From the IMG/VR virus record IMGVR_UViG_2849231242_000001: a stretch of DNA of 64,000 bases, one strand, 5' to 3'. Positions 29,899 through 39,246 of the stretch are shown in pieces. The first letter of the stretch is position 1; each line of letters begins with the position of its first letter. The position numbers were made by a program, and so were the translations under genes. The stretch comes from a virus. The notes under the pieces are model-generated. The model did not search any database. It had not been told where the DNA came from and worked only from the letters and a program-made list of their open reading frames with translations.

Positions 29899-30530
29899 GC
29901 TTGCACCCCACGTTTCAGCATCTTGTCGATGTCAGCGATGATTTCGGCCTGCGTTCCGCGCGGTCCGAAGTCCACAATCGTGTCGCGCGCCTCCCGCAAC
30001 AAGTTAAGCGCCGGGTCTGTCCACACGGACGGATGAATACTCAGCGCGCTCGATGCCGGGCATGGTGATATGGAGTCTCGCCGCAGTTTGAGGAGAGCCC
30101 GTGCAATGTTCTCGCCTTCGTCCACCATCCGATCCCGCACGCCACGGCCAGCCAGCAGCGCATCAAGGGGGATGCCGGTCATTTTGATGACCAGACGAGA
30201 TGCCACCTGCATTGCCTCACTCCATACCTGGTCAATAGAGGTCTGCAGGACATCGACAGCGTTAATGAGTGCTGGCGGCTCGAATGGCCCCACAGCGCAG
30301 TCCTCACGCAGTGGACTACCCTGTAGTGCGTTCATCACTTTCATCAGGGCAGCATATGCGGCGCCGGCGTCCTCCACCAGCTCGCCCTGGTACATCATGC
30401 CCTTTGCGGTGAGGCGCAGTTCGTTCGGACCCGGATGAAACACGAAGTCGTGGATGATGGGCTGTCCCATCGTAATCGAACCGGCGGCAAGAACGTCCGT
30501 GGGTATGCCGATACGGTACTGGCTGCTCAT
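29895..30530 (-). CDS. Hypothetical protein (211 aa)
   Basis: ORF, translationally coupled (ATGA-type overlaps) with its neighbours. Confidence 0.4.
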   Translation of the reverse strand: MSSQYRIGIPTDVLAAGSITMGQPIIHDFVFHPGPNELRLTAKGMMYQGELVEDAGAAYAALMKVMNALQGSPLREDCAVGPFEPPALINAVDVLQTSIDQVWSEAMQVASRLVIKMTGIPLDALLAGRGVRDRMVDEGENIARALLKLRRDSISPCPASSALSIHPSVWTDPALNLLREARDTIVDFGPRGTQAEIIADIDKMLKRGVQA

Positions 30531-31246
30531 GCGGCGACTTCTGCACGGCGTGCCTTGGCGCGCTTGCGTGCACCGCCATGGCCTTGCCGCTTACTGGGAA
30601 CAGTTCGGAGGTCAAGAACATGGCCTTGCCGATCGATCTTGACAGTTGCCGAGTGATCGCCGCCCACCTTCCCCAGGTCCGTGCCGATAATTACCGCTTT
30701 AGACGGAATTGCCAGGTTTATTGATTCGCTGTCAGGCCGCTGGAGCTCCGCCCACAATCGGGCCTGTCCGTGCGCAAGGGCGATAAATTCGGCAGCGGTA
30801 CTCGTATCGCATTTGCTTGTGGGTGTTACATCCGCTTGCTTGAAGAGATCCTTGATCGCAACGTTGTCGATAGCGACCATTCCCCCAGGAGAGATAGTCA
30901 CCTTGCGGACGGACAGGCCATAAGCCAGTGCGTCGCGCATGTGGTTCGCATCCGTGCGCTCGGCGCGCTCCATCATCGCCTTACCAATGGCTATCAGTTC
31001 CGGGTCAACCGCACAGGTTGCCAAAGGTTTGATCAGGGCGCCTTGAGTCTTTTTTGCTTTCGTTTTCACCAGCAAGTAGGCATGCACCATCAATGCTACG
31101 GCGGGGAGGATAAAGATCGCCAGGTTGAGGTAGCTGAACACGGGCAACTGGTGAGCTGCTTGCATGGAACTTACCGCCGCATGAAGAACGGTCAGGACGA
31201 GTAAGGCGGTGGTAATGCCGAAGTGAGTGAGGCGCATGATTATCAA
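30527..31246 (-). CDS. Membrane protein (2 N-terminal TM helices plus a soluble C-terminal domain)
   Basis: 239 aa. Hydrophobic N-terminal helices. Same operon as the SPFH gene. Confidence 0.45.
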   Translation of the reverse strand: MIIMRLTHFGITTALLVLTVLHAAVSSMQAAHQLPVFSYLNLAIFILPAVALMVHAYLLVKTKAKKTQGALIKPLATCAVDPELIAIGKAMMERAERTDANHMRDALAYGLSVRKVTISPGGMVAIDNVAIKDLFKQADVTPTSKCDTSTAAEFIALAHGQARLWAELQRPDSESINLAIPSKAVIIGTDLGKVGGDHSATVKIDRQGHVLDLRTVPSKRQGHGGARKRAKARRAEVAA

Positions 31247-31255
31247 TCCAGGGGG

Positions 31256-31516
31256 TTAGGCGAAGGGGAATGCTTGGCGCACGGCTGTGGTGCTGCGCTT
31301 GAGGTAACAAGGCAGGCGCAGGCCGCGCCAATCGATGAAGGTCTGCCCGTGGCACGCCAAGCCGGACAGGGCCTTGGCGAAGTAGCTATGGAAGCCCTGA
31401 CGGGTGAAGATCGCCGGCGACGGGCGGGCGTAGATCATCGCGTGCGGCCAGACGAATGGGAAGGATGCGGATTTGGTCATGGAGTTATCTTTCGACGTGC
31501 CGCGCACAATGCGCAC
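31256..31516 (-). CDS. Hypothetical small protein
   Basis: 86-aa ORF (a 74-aa version starts at MTKSASF). Confidence 0.3.
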   Translation of the reverse strand: MRIVRGTSKDNSMTKSASFPFVWPHAMIYARPSPAIFTRQGFHSYFAKALSGLACHGQTFIDWRGLRLPCYLKRSTTAVRQAFPFA

Positions 31517-31526
31517 GGCACTGTTT

Positions 31527-32468
31527 TTACTTGCTCATGTTGAGGAAAGGGATCGGAGCGCCCGAATACATGTTCTGTGGCAAGGCGCCGTCCCAGCGCT
31601 CGGCCTTGACCTTCTCGACTTCAATGCGGCGCAGTTCGAGCACATCCTTGCTTTGGGCCAGAGCGGAGTTCTGGATACGCAGGGCATCGGCTTGGGCGGT
31701 TGCTACCTTCAAGTTCGCATACGCTTCGCCATCCGCCTTGGCCTTGAGCGCGCTCGCTTCGGCTTCGGCAATCGCCACCTTCTGCTTCTGTTCCGATTCC
31801 ACGGTGCGCAACTTGTTTTCGGCGCCCAGACGCAGCTGTTCCTGGGTAACTTTTTCGCTGATCGCCTTCATGTAATCGCCGCCGAACGAGAAATTGCGCA
31901 TATCGATGTTGATCACCTGGGCGCCGTACATTTCCAACTTGACCGACAGCGCGGTTGCGATATCAGCCGATACTTGCGCGCGCTTGGCGATCAGGTCAGG
32001 CGCGTTGTAGCGGGCCGTCACGGCCTTAAACGCTTCCTGCGTGGCAGTTTGAACGTAGGAAGACAGATCGCCGTCATGGCTATACTTCTCGTAGACCTCG
32101 GCCACCTTCGCTACCTTGATGCTGTAGCGCACGGTCATGCTGACCTTGACCGGCTGGGTATCTGACGTATTGCCATCCGCGTTCTCGATGCTGGCCGTCT
32201 CGGCACGCACGCTGAACAGTGCGAGCTTTTCCCATGGCGCCAAAATGACCAGGCCTTCGTTCTGGATACCTTTGATGGCGCCGAACTGGGTGACAACGCC
32301 GCGCGAGCCGGTAGGCACGGTGCGGAATGGCCAATAAGCCAGCAGCATCACCAGGATGAGCAGCGCGCCGATAACGTCGCGCGCGATGGCAAAGGAGTTG
32401 AGAGCTTTATGGGCTGGCGTGTAGTCGCCGGCAGGAACATCCTTGGTATAGCGTTGTGCAAATTTCAT
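31527..32468 (-). CDS. SPFH/band-7 (HflK/prohibitin-like) membrane protein
   Basis: 313 aa. N-terminal TM (IGALLILVMLLAYWPF), SPFH core, C-terminal Ala/Glu/Lys coiled coil (VAIAEAEASALKAKADGEAYANLKVATAQADALRIQ). Confidence 0.7.
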   Translation of the reverse strand: MKFAQRYTKDVPAGDYTPAHKALNSFAIARDVIGALLILVMLLAYWPFRTVPTGSRGVVTQFGAIKGIQNEGLVILAPWEKLALFSVRAETASIENADGNTSDTQPVKVSMTVRYSIKVAKVAEVYEKYSHDGDLSSYVQTATQEAFKAVTARYNAPDLIAKRAQVSADIATALSVKLEMYGAQVINIDMRNFSFGGDYMKAISEKVTQEQLRLGAENKLRTVESEQKQKVAIAEAEASALKAKADGEAYANLKVATAQADALRIQNSALAQSKDVLELRRIEVEKVKAERWDGALPQNMYSGAPIPFLNMSK

Positions 32469-32515
32469 TAATTACTTTCTTTTGATGCCGCGCAGATCGG
32501 GGCGCGGCTTCCCGT

Positions 32516-32836
32516 TTAGCGCATGGCACCTTCGAAAGCTGCCTGAGCTGCTTTGTACTCATCGGAATCCGGTAGCGCGCCCTCGTAGGGCAGATACACC
32601 CGCGCGGTGTAGTCCATCCTGGTGAACAGCACATCGACAGGGTCGTGGCCGTTGCATTCTTTGTTGAATGGTGCAAACAGGTGCGTCCACGGCCCAGGCT
32701 GGCCATCAATTATGTCGAGCTTGAGGTGATCGAGCTTGTTCGCCCAACGTGGCATACGCAGCCGATTGATGCCGCGCGCGGCGGCCTCATCGATGGAGAT
32801 AAGGATGGTCGTGGCGGTCACAGGGATTCCTTCCAT
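32516..32836 (-). CDS. Hypothetical protein (106 aa)
   Basis: ORF with coding GC3. Confidence 0.35.
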   Translation of the reverse strand: MEGIPVTATTILISIDEAAARGINRLRMPRWANKLDHLKLDIIDGQPGPWTHLFAPFNKECNGHDPVDVLFTRMDYTARVYLPYEGALPDSDEYKAAQAAFEGAMR

Positions 32837-33063
32837 GCGAGGAATGGCGCGCGCACCAGGGTATGGAAGCGCTGGCCAGCCGCTTCATTGGTGTCGAGTT
32901 CCACGCGCGACTTCACCTGGCAGGTGGTGGTGATGAAGTCTTTGGCGGCATCGGCGGAAGCGATCACGGCAGGGCTGTTGAAGTCGGCCCACTGCCAGAA
33001 TTGCGGGTCGCGGCAGAACACGCACGCGATGATGCACAGGTCGCGGGGATTGGCGGCCGTCAT
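32818..33063 (-). CDS. Hypothetical protein (81 aa, Cys-rich)
   Basis: Start at MTAANPRDLCIIACVFCRDPQFWQW. Confidence 0.35.
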   Translation of the reverse strand: MTAANPRDLCIIACVFCRDPQFWQWADFNSPAVIASADAAKDFITTTCQVKSRVELDTNEAAGQRFHTLVRAPFLAWKESL

Positions 33064-33635
33064 GCGCTGGCCCCCTTCGCCGTTGCTGTGCTGCTGTCGA
33101 GAACGCGGCGAGGTATAGGGCGTGCGTTCCAGCCCTGCCAAGCACATTCAACGTCCCTATTGCGATACCGTCCCCCTGGATGCCGATCAACGGAACCATG
33201 GCCGCCATAGAGGATGGTTTGCTCAAACAGCCCACGCGGGCCGTGGTCATTTACCGCCAGTTTGATTTGCAGCTCCGCGCGTGGGAAGCGGGACATGCAC
33301 GGCCCAAGTTCCCATTGGTCAATGTTTTGCTTGGCGAAGTAGCGGTCGACCAGGTGAGCGGCGGCGATGACATCGGCTGGCGGCATTGGGTGAAATTGCG
33401 GGCGCAGGTCAGGGTCGCACACCTCGTAACGGCGCTCAAAATCATGCTTGCTCATCAGTTCTGTTTCGCCGCCCGGGTGTTCGAGGAAGAAGTCGCCAGG
33501 AGATGCACTACCGTACTTGAGACGGCCCCGCCCATCGGCGAATTGAACGTAGACCGACCCGCCGCTCTGGTAGTTGACCCAAGTGATGGGCGTCGCCATG
33601 ACCCCCGCCGGCTTTAGGTGGTGGGTTACTTGCAT
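33060..33635 (-). CDS. Hypothetical protein (~191 aa)
   Basis: Start at MQVTHH with AGGAAG SD. Overlaps the upstream gene end by 10 nt. Confidence 0.4.
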   Translation of the reverse strand: MQVTHHLKPAGVMATPITWVNYQSGGSVYVQFADGRGRLKYGSASPGDFFLEHPGGETELMSKHDFERRYEVCDPDLRPQFHPMPPADVIAAAHLVDRYFAKQNIDQWELGPCMSRFPRAELQIKLAVNDHGPRGLFEQTILYGGHGSVDRHPGGRYRNRDVECAWQGWNARPIPRRVLDSSTATAKGASA

Positions 33636-33898
33636 GGCGGCCGCTTCCTGTGGGTGGTGCGCGCTTTGATGACCGGGTTGCATTCCTCATAGGCGAGGTC
33701 AAACGCTTCCTTGGTCATGGTGAAGCTGCCGCCCAAGTTGGGCGAGACAGCAATGTCGCCAACAGTAGGCTTGTCGGCCGAGGCGAGCATGCCCCCGTCG
33801 GCAAGTGCGGAAAAGAAGCGGCGAGGCGCGCCCTCTTCTACGCGGACAATCGCCGAGGCATGAACGCCGTCAGGGTCCGGTTGCGGGTTTGGTTGCAT
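33626..33898 (-). CDS. Hypothetical protein (90 aa), first gene after the attP-like region
   Basis: Starts MQPNPQPDPDGVHASAIVRVEEG. Confidence 0.4.
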   Translation of the reverse strand: MQPNPQPDPDGVHASAIVRVEEGAPRRFFSALADGGMLASADKPTVGDIAVSPNLGGSFTMTKEAFDLAYEECNPVIKARTTHRKRPPCK

Positions 33899-33899
33899 T

Positions 33900-34296
33900 A
33901 TTGTTATCTCCTGTCGAAGGGGGTTGGTGAAGTGGGCAGGTTGCACAGTTCGCGCTTGTGCAACTTTTTGTGTAACCGTGGTTTGTGTAACTTTTAGAGG
34001 GTCTTCCAACAGGTCCGATTTTTCGATGAAGACGGCGCCGCGCGGCCTGCCCTGCAGCTGTTCTGCATGAACCCCTGGCGCAGAGCTAACCCATTGATAT
34101 TGCTTATGATTCGTGCTTTTCGATGCAAGCATTCGTGCGCGGTCGCCGGGCCGTGGAACAATTGCCTTCGCATCAACTTGATGGTTGCGATTTTGGTTGC
34201 GCAACCGCTGTGCAACCAGCGGCGCAACTGCCGAATTTCCCAGGAGCGGCGCGCAACCGGGAAATTGACACTGATGATTTCGTATTGTCGGGTTCT
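33900..34296. repeat. Repeat-dense intergenic region downstream of the integrase gene (candidate attP/arm-type sites and promoter)
   Basis: At least 7 copies of a TGYGCAAC / GCGCAACC motif in both orientations, including the inverted repeat GTTGCACA-N9-TGTGCAAC, the direct repeat TTGTGTAAC x2 and the palindrome TTGCGCAA. Confidence 0.5.
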
Positions 34297-35364
34297 TCAT
34301 GTGGCTACAGGCTCTCCGGGAAGGTCCGCGCCCGATTCGCGCCCACCGAAACGTATCTTCGATTCAATGCGGTCCTGTGCGGCCCCAGCGGTGTCCATGT
34401 TGATTTCCAGATAACGCATGGTGGTGGCCGAATCCTTGTGCCGCATCATTGCCTGGATGGTTTGAATGGGCGTGCCTTCCTCGGACAACAGGGTTGCGCA
34501 CGTCCCGCGCAGCCGGTGCGGTGTGATACCGGTGAGCCCGGTGATCGCATTGGCCTTGCGCATCGCGTGACGCGCATATCCCTCTGGAAGTTGTCCGCGT
34601 CGACGAGATGGCGCTACCAGCCCTTCTACCTTGCGGCGAGCCTGTAAGTACTCCGCCAGCCAGCCAGGCATACGGATCGGCACTGCTTCCTTGCCCTTGG
34701 TGATACCGGGCGTGTAGGTGCCACGCTCCCAATCCACCCACTCCCAGCGCGCGCTGGCCGCTTCCGATTCGCGCAGGCCCAGTCCGTACATGAGCCGCAC
34801 GGCAATGCCGACGGAGGAATTGCGGCCGGTGGCGGTATCCAAGGCGCTGAACCATGCATCGGTCAGCGCCAGGGGCAGAATCTTGCGGGGCGTTTTTTGC
34901 TCAGGCAGCATCGCTATATCCCATGGCAAGGACGGCAACACATTGCGCTTGACGGCCCAGTTCACCAGCAGCCGCAAAATGCGCAGCCAGTGGTTGCCAG
35001 ATGCGGGCTTGCGCGTGGCCAGGTGCTTATTGCGGGCTACCTCGACCCGAAGCGTATTGAGCTGGTCGATCGGCAGCGGGCCCATGCCGTACAGGTGGTT
35101 GCGCTTGAACGTGCTGATTCCCCGCCGATGTGATGCGCTGGCCACAGGGCCGCGTATCTCTTCCCACTCGGCGATCAGCGCATCGAGCGTGGGCATGATG
35201 TGCCCTCCGTTCACACGGATCAGCGCAGCAGCGTAGGCCAGATTGGCGATGGCCTGCGCGCGCCGCTTATCTCGCTCGCGGGTGCTGCGTTGGACGCGGG
35301 GCAATGGCGCGAGACGGAACCGATAGTGGTACAGGCGGCCGCGCAGGAAGACGGTGCAGGTCAT
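34297..35364 (-). CDS. int: Tyrosine recombinase / phage integrase
   Basis: 355 aa. C-terminal catalytic motifs HRLRGTCAT and MRHKDSATTMRYL (R..H..R..Y). Confidence 0.85.
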   Translation of the reverse strand: MTCTVFLRGRLYHYRFRLAPLPRVQRSTRERDKRRAQAIANLAYAAALIRVNGGHIMPTLDALIAEWEEIRGPVASASHRRGISTFKRNHLYGMGPLPIDQLNTLRVEVARNKHLATRKPASGNHWLRILRLLVNWAVKRNVLPSLPWDIAMLPEQKTPRKILPLALTDAWFSALDTATGRNSSVGIAVRLMYGLGLRESEAASARWEWVDWERGTYTPGITKGKEAVPIRMPGWLAEYLQARRKVEGLVAPSRRRGQLPEGYARHAMRKANAITGLTGITPHRLRGTCATLLSEEGTPIQTIQAMMRHKDSATTMRYLEINMDTAGAAQDRIESKIRFGGRESGADLPGEPVAT

Positions 35365-35409
35365 GGTTGGCGATTGGCGTGGATGAGATGGTGGCCGGGC
35401 ATGACGCGG

Positions 35410-35841
35410 TCAGTCCTCGTCAGCGATGGCAAGGGCAACGTGCTTGGCGGTGCTCGCTTGCATATCCTGGTGCGCCCGCTTGAGGCTGGGGTAGAGCTTG
35501 AATGCACGGTGGCCGAAGCGCCGCACCAGGTCGTAATAGGTACGCAAGCCGACGCCCAGCTGGTCCGCCGTGCGTTTCACCACCTGATGTGGCTTGAGGT
35601 AGAAGCATTCGAAGGCCAGCCACTCGCGCTGGTACTTCGCCACGTCGCGCAGCGTGTGCACGGCCATGTTGAAATATTGCATGTCAGGGTCATTGCGGGC
35701 GTTTGGCTCACGACCGGAGCCGCCGCCTGAAGCGACAGCACCCAGCACGCCATGGCTCACGGACTTGATGTAGAAGTGGCGCGTCTCGCACCAGCGCACC
35801 CAATCCCAGCAATGTTGTACAACCGGATCCTTCGATTTCAT
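35410..35841 (-). CDS. Hypothetical protein (143 aa), possible late-gene regulator
   Basis: ORF at the end of the nin-like early operon. No motif recognised. Confidence 0.35.
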   Translation of the reverse strand: MKSKDPVVQHCWDWVRWCETRHFYIKSVSHGVLGAVASGGGSGREPNARNDPDMQYFNMAVHTLRDVAKYQREWLAFECFYLKPHQVVKRTADQLGVGLRTYYDLVRRFGHRAFKLYPSLKRAHQDMQASTAKHVALAIADED

Positions 35842-35910
35842 TCAGCCCGCCTCCATTATCAACGGAGGGCAGTCTAAATGCGGTTCTTGAAAAACTTAGA
35901 TTATCGGCAG

Positions 35911-36270
35911 CTACAGGCTGATTCGCCATGGGAACATGGGGGAATAGCCGAGGAACAGGGGCTTGGCAAAGAAATTGCGCACGCGCGCCGGCACGATCGA
36001 ACTTGGTGCTTGTGGTTCGCGCAGCTTCTGCTCGAGCAACGAGCGGGCAAGGTCGGTGATCCGGTACATGATCCCCTCCTTCACCAGGCAACCTTTCGTC
36101 ACTAGGCTGGTGTACAGCTCGACCATCTTAGCGTGGTTGATCCCCATCGGCAGGGTGCGGTTGGGAAACTCGCCATGGGCTTCGGCGCCCTGGTAAATCG
36201 TCATCGGCCCTCGGCGCAAGAAGGCGATCAGGATGGCCTCGCCGCGCGAATTGGATTCCGGCAGCTTCAT
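35911..36270 (-). CDS. Winged-helix DNA-binding protein (119 aa)
   Basis: LVTKGCLVKEGIMYRITDLARSLL wHTH-like segment. Confidence 0.4.
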   Translation of the reverse strand: MKLPESNSRGEAILIAFLRRGPMTIYQGAEAHGEFPNRTLPMGINHAKMVELYTSLVTKGCLVKEGIMYRITDLARSLLEQKLREPQAPSSIVPARVRNFFAKPLFLGYSPMFPWRISL

Positions 36271-36578
36271 CGTGGTGGACCCATGCGGTGTAGTGCTTGC
36301 TCCAGTTCGTCCATCACTGGGCTTAGGTGGGCGAGCGCCTGGGCCAGCTGCGCCCTGTGCGGCGGATAAGTCATGCGCGATTCAGCGTCAACACGATCAA
36401 AGTGCCGCAGCAACTCATCCAAGTCACGCCGGCGAACAATGCAGGCGTCAGGGTGGGAGTGATGGCGATGGCGGCCATCCACAGGATGTTCCTGGGCCGC
36501 TTCACGTAATCGTTTCAAACTCTCGTCAAATGCCATGTTGTGCTTGTGAGGTGAAATGGTCTGTCGGTCAAGCCGCAA
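36267..36578 (-). CDS. Hypothetical protein (start uncertain: 36578 or 36536)
   Basis: ORF 36267..36578. The alternative start MAFDESLKRL lies 42 nt inside. Confidence 0.35.
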   Translation of the reverse strand: MRLDRQTISPHKHNMAFDESLKRLREAAQEHPVDGRHRHHSHPDACIVRRRDLDELLRHFDRVDAESRMTYPPHRAQLAQALAHLSPVMDELEQALHRMGPPR

Positions 36579-37107
36579 GGGGCGCGGCTTTGAAAAAGTT
36601 GCCTTCGTTGATGCGTTCTATCATGGTGCGCTCTGCCCGCGCTAAATCACCGCGGAGTGCCACCTCAAGCTGGGCGTCAGCCACCACAAGAGCTTGCGGT
36701 ATCGTGGCGATGGCAGGGCCATCAAGCCGGAAAGTGCCAAGACGGAAGCCTCGCGCGGACGCCCGGAATATGGCCTCTTGAGCTTCGATGAACAGCTCTT
36801 GGTACTCGGCCCCAATCCCGTCCTCACACAGCAGCAGCCCAATGTTGATGGCCTCGCACAACGGCGACCATGCCTCATGTGGTGCCTGGTGGCACTTGAT
36901 CTGCACAAAGGCCGTCCAGTAGCGCAGGCATGATTCGATGCGGTGCAAGTCGGTCAGCGGCTGGCGCATCGCGTGGTCAATTTCCTCTTGCACGGCGGCT
37001 GATTTCGACAAAATGCTGACGACGTTACACGCAAGGCCATGGCGGACCCGTTTCTTCGGCGCCGGCGGCGGCGCCGGTGGCGCGATGGCACGCGCACGCA
37101 TAGCCAT
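36568..37107 (-). CDS. Hypothetical protein (~179 aa)
   Basis: Real coding part starts at MAMRARAIAPP and overlaps the upstream stop as TGATG. The N-terminal portion of ORF 36568..37404 is an artefact. Confidence 0.4.
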   Translation of the reverse strand: MAMRARAIAPPAPPPAPKKRVRHGLACNVVSILSKSAAVQEEIDHAMRQPLTDLHRIESCLRYWTAFVQIKCHQAPHEAWSPLCEAINIGLLLCEDGIGAEYQELFIEAQEAIFRASARGFRLGTFRLDGPAIATIPQALVVADAQLEVALRGDLARAERTMIERINEGNFFKAAPLAA

Positions 37108-37457
37108 TAAGCAAACTCCTTGGGGGCCTGGTTGGCGCCGTGGTGCTGGGGCGTAGATGGCTTCATGTTCATTTCCTTGATTTTCTTGAGCAGGGCCGCC
37201 GATTCCTCGCGTCCCTTCGCTTTTACCTGGTCGTGCTGCTGCTGGGCAATTCGAGCTTTGTAAGCCAGCTGCCGCTGGTACTCGGCCCGAACCTGTTGCT
37301 TGAGTTCTGCCAATGCTGCTTCCCCCTCCGCATTTCGGACCCGGTCGTACACTGCTTGACGGGCATGCGCTGGCGCGCCGGCCAGAAGTCGTCGCTGGCA
37401 GCACTCCCGATGGGCGTCAAAGCGCCCGGTCAGGAAGAGGCAGAACTCGCAGTTCAC
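37107..37457 (-). CDS. Hypothetical protein (116 aa), Cys-rich N-terminus
   Basis: ORF with coding GC3. Confidence 0.35.
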   Translation of the reverse strand: MNCEFCLFLTGRFDAHRECCQRRLLAGAPAHARQAVYDRVRNAEGEAALAELKQQVRAEYQRQLAYKARIAQQQHDQVKAKGREESAALLKKIKEMNMKPSTPQHHGANQAPKEFA

Positions 37458-37702
37458 TTCGCTTCCAAGCCCAGCAGGGCAAAGATTTCAGCGATCGACA
37501 GGCCGGAGCGAAAGTGCATGCGGATCATCATGCGCGATGTCACCTGCAGCTTGCCGTGACGAATCTTGCTGATGACAGCCGGCGCCACCTCCAAGGCGCG
37601 GCACAGGGCCGCATCGTTTTTCACGCCCATGCGTTCGCGGACGCAGTCGAGCAGTTGGTTAGCTCCGGTGGTGTCCGGCAGATCCTGTGATGTGGTGCTC
37701 AT
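37454..37702 (-). CDS. HTH DNA-binding protein (XRE/Cro-like fold)
   Basis: 82 aa. LLDCVRERMGVKNDAALCRALEVAPAVISKIRHGK helix-turn-helix. Confidence 0.5.
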   Translation of the reverse strand: MSTTSQDLPDTTGANQLLDCVRERMGVKNDAALCRALEVAPAVISKIRHGKLQVTSRMMIRMHFRSGLSIAEIFALLGLEAK

Positions 37703-38664
37703 GCTGTTCGTTCCTCCTCAGTGGTTGGTTTTGCTTCTCGTTTTACAGGTCCTGCTTTACCCGTCAGCGAGCGCAGCTGGGCGCGCACGTCATCGGGAAG
37801 TGTGCCGGCCGGTGGCAGTGCTTCGGCAGCAATCCCTACCCTGCTCATGCGCGGCGGCGCGGGCGGCACGCCGCCGTTGTCGATCGCCGCGTACAGTCGT
37901 TGCTCGAATGCATACATCGACTCGCCCACCAGCGGGGCCATGTTCAATTCCCGGCCCTTGGCCAGCTTCATTTCGTCCGTTGCACGCCAAGCCTGATCGC
38001 CCCGCTTGCTGCCGGACTTCGGGCCGCCTTCGTTACGGCACCAGTTGCGCCAGGTGCCATCCCAGTTGGTCTTGGCTCCCTTCTGTCCTCCGACACCGCT
38101 CCAGTGGTCGCGGAATTTTTCGCCCACTTCCCGGATGTACTCGACGCTCCAGTCCGGATACTTGGCCTGCGCCCATTCCCCCCATGACTTGGGAAGAACG
38201 AAGGTGGGGGGGAGGCGCGTAGCGCGGACTGCCTTCGCTGCGATGTTCCCCTCTGCGCGCCCACCATCTGCGTTTACATCTTTGTTTACATCTGTATCTA
38301 GTGATTTGCCACGTTTGGCAGTTCCATTTGCCAATTTCGGCAAATGCAGTTGCCCCGGAAGGAATTTGCATTCGTCAAAAAAGGCATACCATTTCGTGCG
38401 GTCGACAGCACGCTCGTTGTAGTTGCCTGTCACCAATACTTCCAGCTTGGTGAGCTTTTCCAGGGAGTACCGAATCTGCTTGTTTGTCAGGTACGGGAAC
38501 AGCTGCGAGAACGCCTCCACGCTGTTGTAGGTCCAGGTCCGGTCGTCACGGAAATTGACGCCGTTCGCCTTATTTTTCGCAATCCAGAATTGGAAGTTGC
38601 CGATCAAAATAGCCTCGATAACCCCGTAGCTTGAAGCATGTTCAATATCGAAACTATGATTCAT
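37699..38664 (-). CDS. Phage replication initiation/organiser protein (O-like)
   Basis: 321 aa. N-terminal winged-helix-like region. Early-operon position downstream of cro and the CII-like gene. Confidence 0.5.
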   Translation of the reverse strand: MNHSFDIEHASSYGVIEAILIGNFQFWIAKNKANGVNFRDDRTWTYNSVEAFSQLFPYLTNKQIRYSLEKLTKLEVLVTGNYNERAVDRTKWYAFFDECKFLPGQLHLPKLANGTAKRGKSLDTDVNKDVNADGGRAEGNIAAKAVRATRLPPTFVLPKSWGEWAQAKYPDWSVEYIREVGEKFRDHWSGVGGQKGAKTNWDGTWRNWCRNEGGPKSGSKRGDQAWRATDEMKLAKGRELNMAPLVGESMYAFEQRLYAAIDNGGVPPAPPRMSRVGIAAEALPPAGTLPDDVRAQLRSLTGKAGPVKREAKPTTEEERTA

Positions 38665-38697
38665 CGTCGCCCATCCTTACGGCAATGGGCGCTATTT

Positions 38698-39246
38698 CTA
38701 CTTGCTATACTCATCTGCAATCAATCCTTTGTGCTTCAAAATCGGCCGGCTTTTTGCCCGCGCTACTTCAAAATGATCCTGGACCAGGTCATAGGTCCAA
38801 TCTGGGAAAGACGCCCAGCCGCCATCGAGGAACGCGTGGCATTGCGCGCAGCCATAGCACCCGGCCTCGTCCTTTGCTTTGATGCCCATCCCCTTCCCGT
38901 CGATCAGCCGGTTGGAATGGCACCAGACCGTTGTGTCGGTGTTGTTCCGGCAGATGCCGGCGAAATTCAGTGTGCAATCCTCGCCCTTGGCTGAACGCCT
39001 GATGGGTGTCATTTTTGGACCGCGCGTGCGCATCCGTCGCATGCGCGGCGCCGTTGCCGTGCCGTCGGTCTTTAACCAGCTCATGGCGCTCGTGCGGGCC
39101 AGCTGGCCGCCCGTCGATGGGAAGGGGGAACGCACGAGGGGGGTTGAACTGGCGACCATCGCGGTACGCTTGAGGGGAGTATTGCGGGAGGGCATCGGCG
39201 AACGGGTCAGGCCGGTCGTGCCGAGCGCCATGGAAGAACGCTTCAT
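38698..39246 (-). CDS. YbcO-like (DUF1364, nin-region) putative nuclease with N-terminal TPL-repeat extension
   Basis: C-terminal 100 aa CTLNFAGICRNNTDTTVWCHSNR...GCYGCAQCHAFLDGG resembles E. coli YbcO (CQVRIPGVCNGN...ACSACHDEID). Start ATG overlaps the upstream stop (GGAGGCGTATGA). Confidence 0.5.
   Translation of the reverse strand: MKRSSMALGTTGLTRSPMPSRNTPLKRTAMVASSTPLVRSPFPSTGGQLARTSAMSWLKTDGTATAPRMRRMRTRGPKMTPIRRSAKGEDCTLNFAGICRNNTDTTVWCHSNRLIDGKGMGIKAKDEAGCYGCAQCHAFLDGGWASFPDWTYDLVQDHFEVARAKSRPILKHKGLIADEYSK

Noticed and set aside
29273-29911. Full-length ORF 29273..29911 (212 aa)
   Set aside because: The N-terminal 120 codons are Arg/Gly/His-rich and overlap the real 123-aa gene in another frame. 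Only the C-terminal 90 codons (from MRRNIV) were kept.
35410-35841. Calling the 143-aa protein a lambda Q antiterminator
   Set aside because: It has no sequence resemblance to lambda Q or to Q82-type proteins that I can verify. Only its position suggests a late-regulator role, so it is left as hypothetical.
36568-37404. Full-length ORF 36568..37404 (278 aa)
   Set aside because: The N-terminal 99 codons look like an out-of-frame overlap with the 116-aa gene. A start at MAMRAR gives a clean TGATG coupling.
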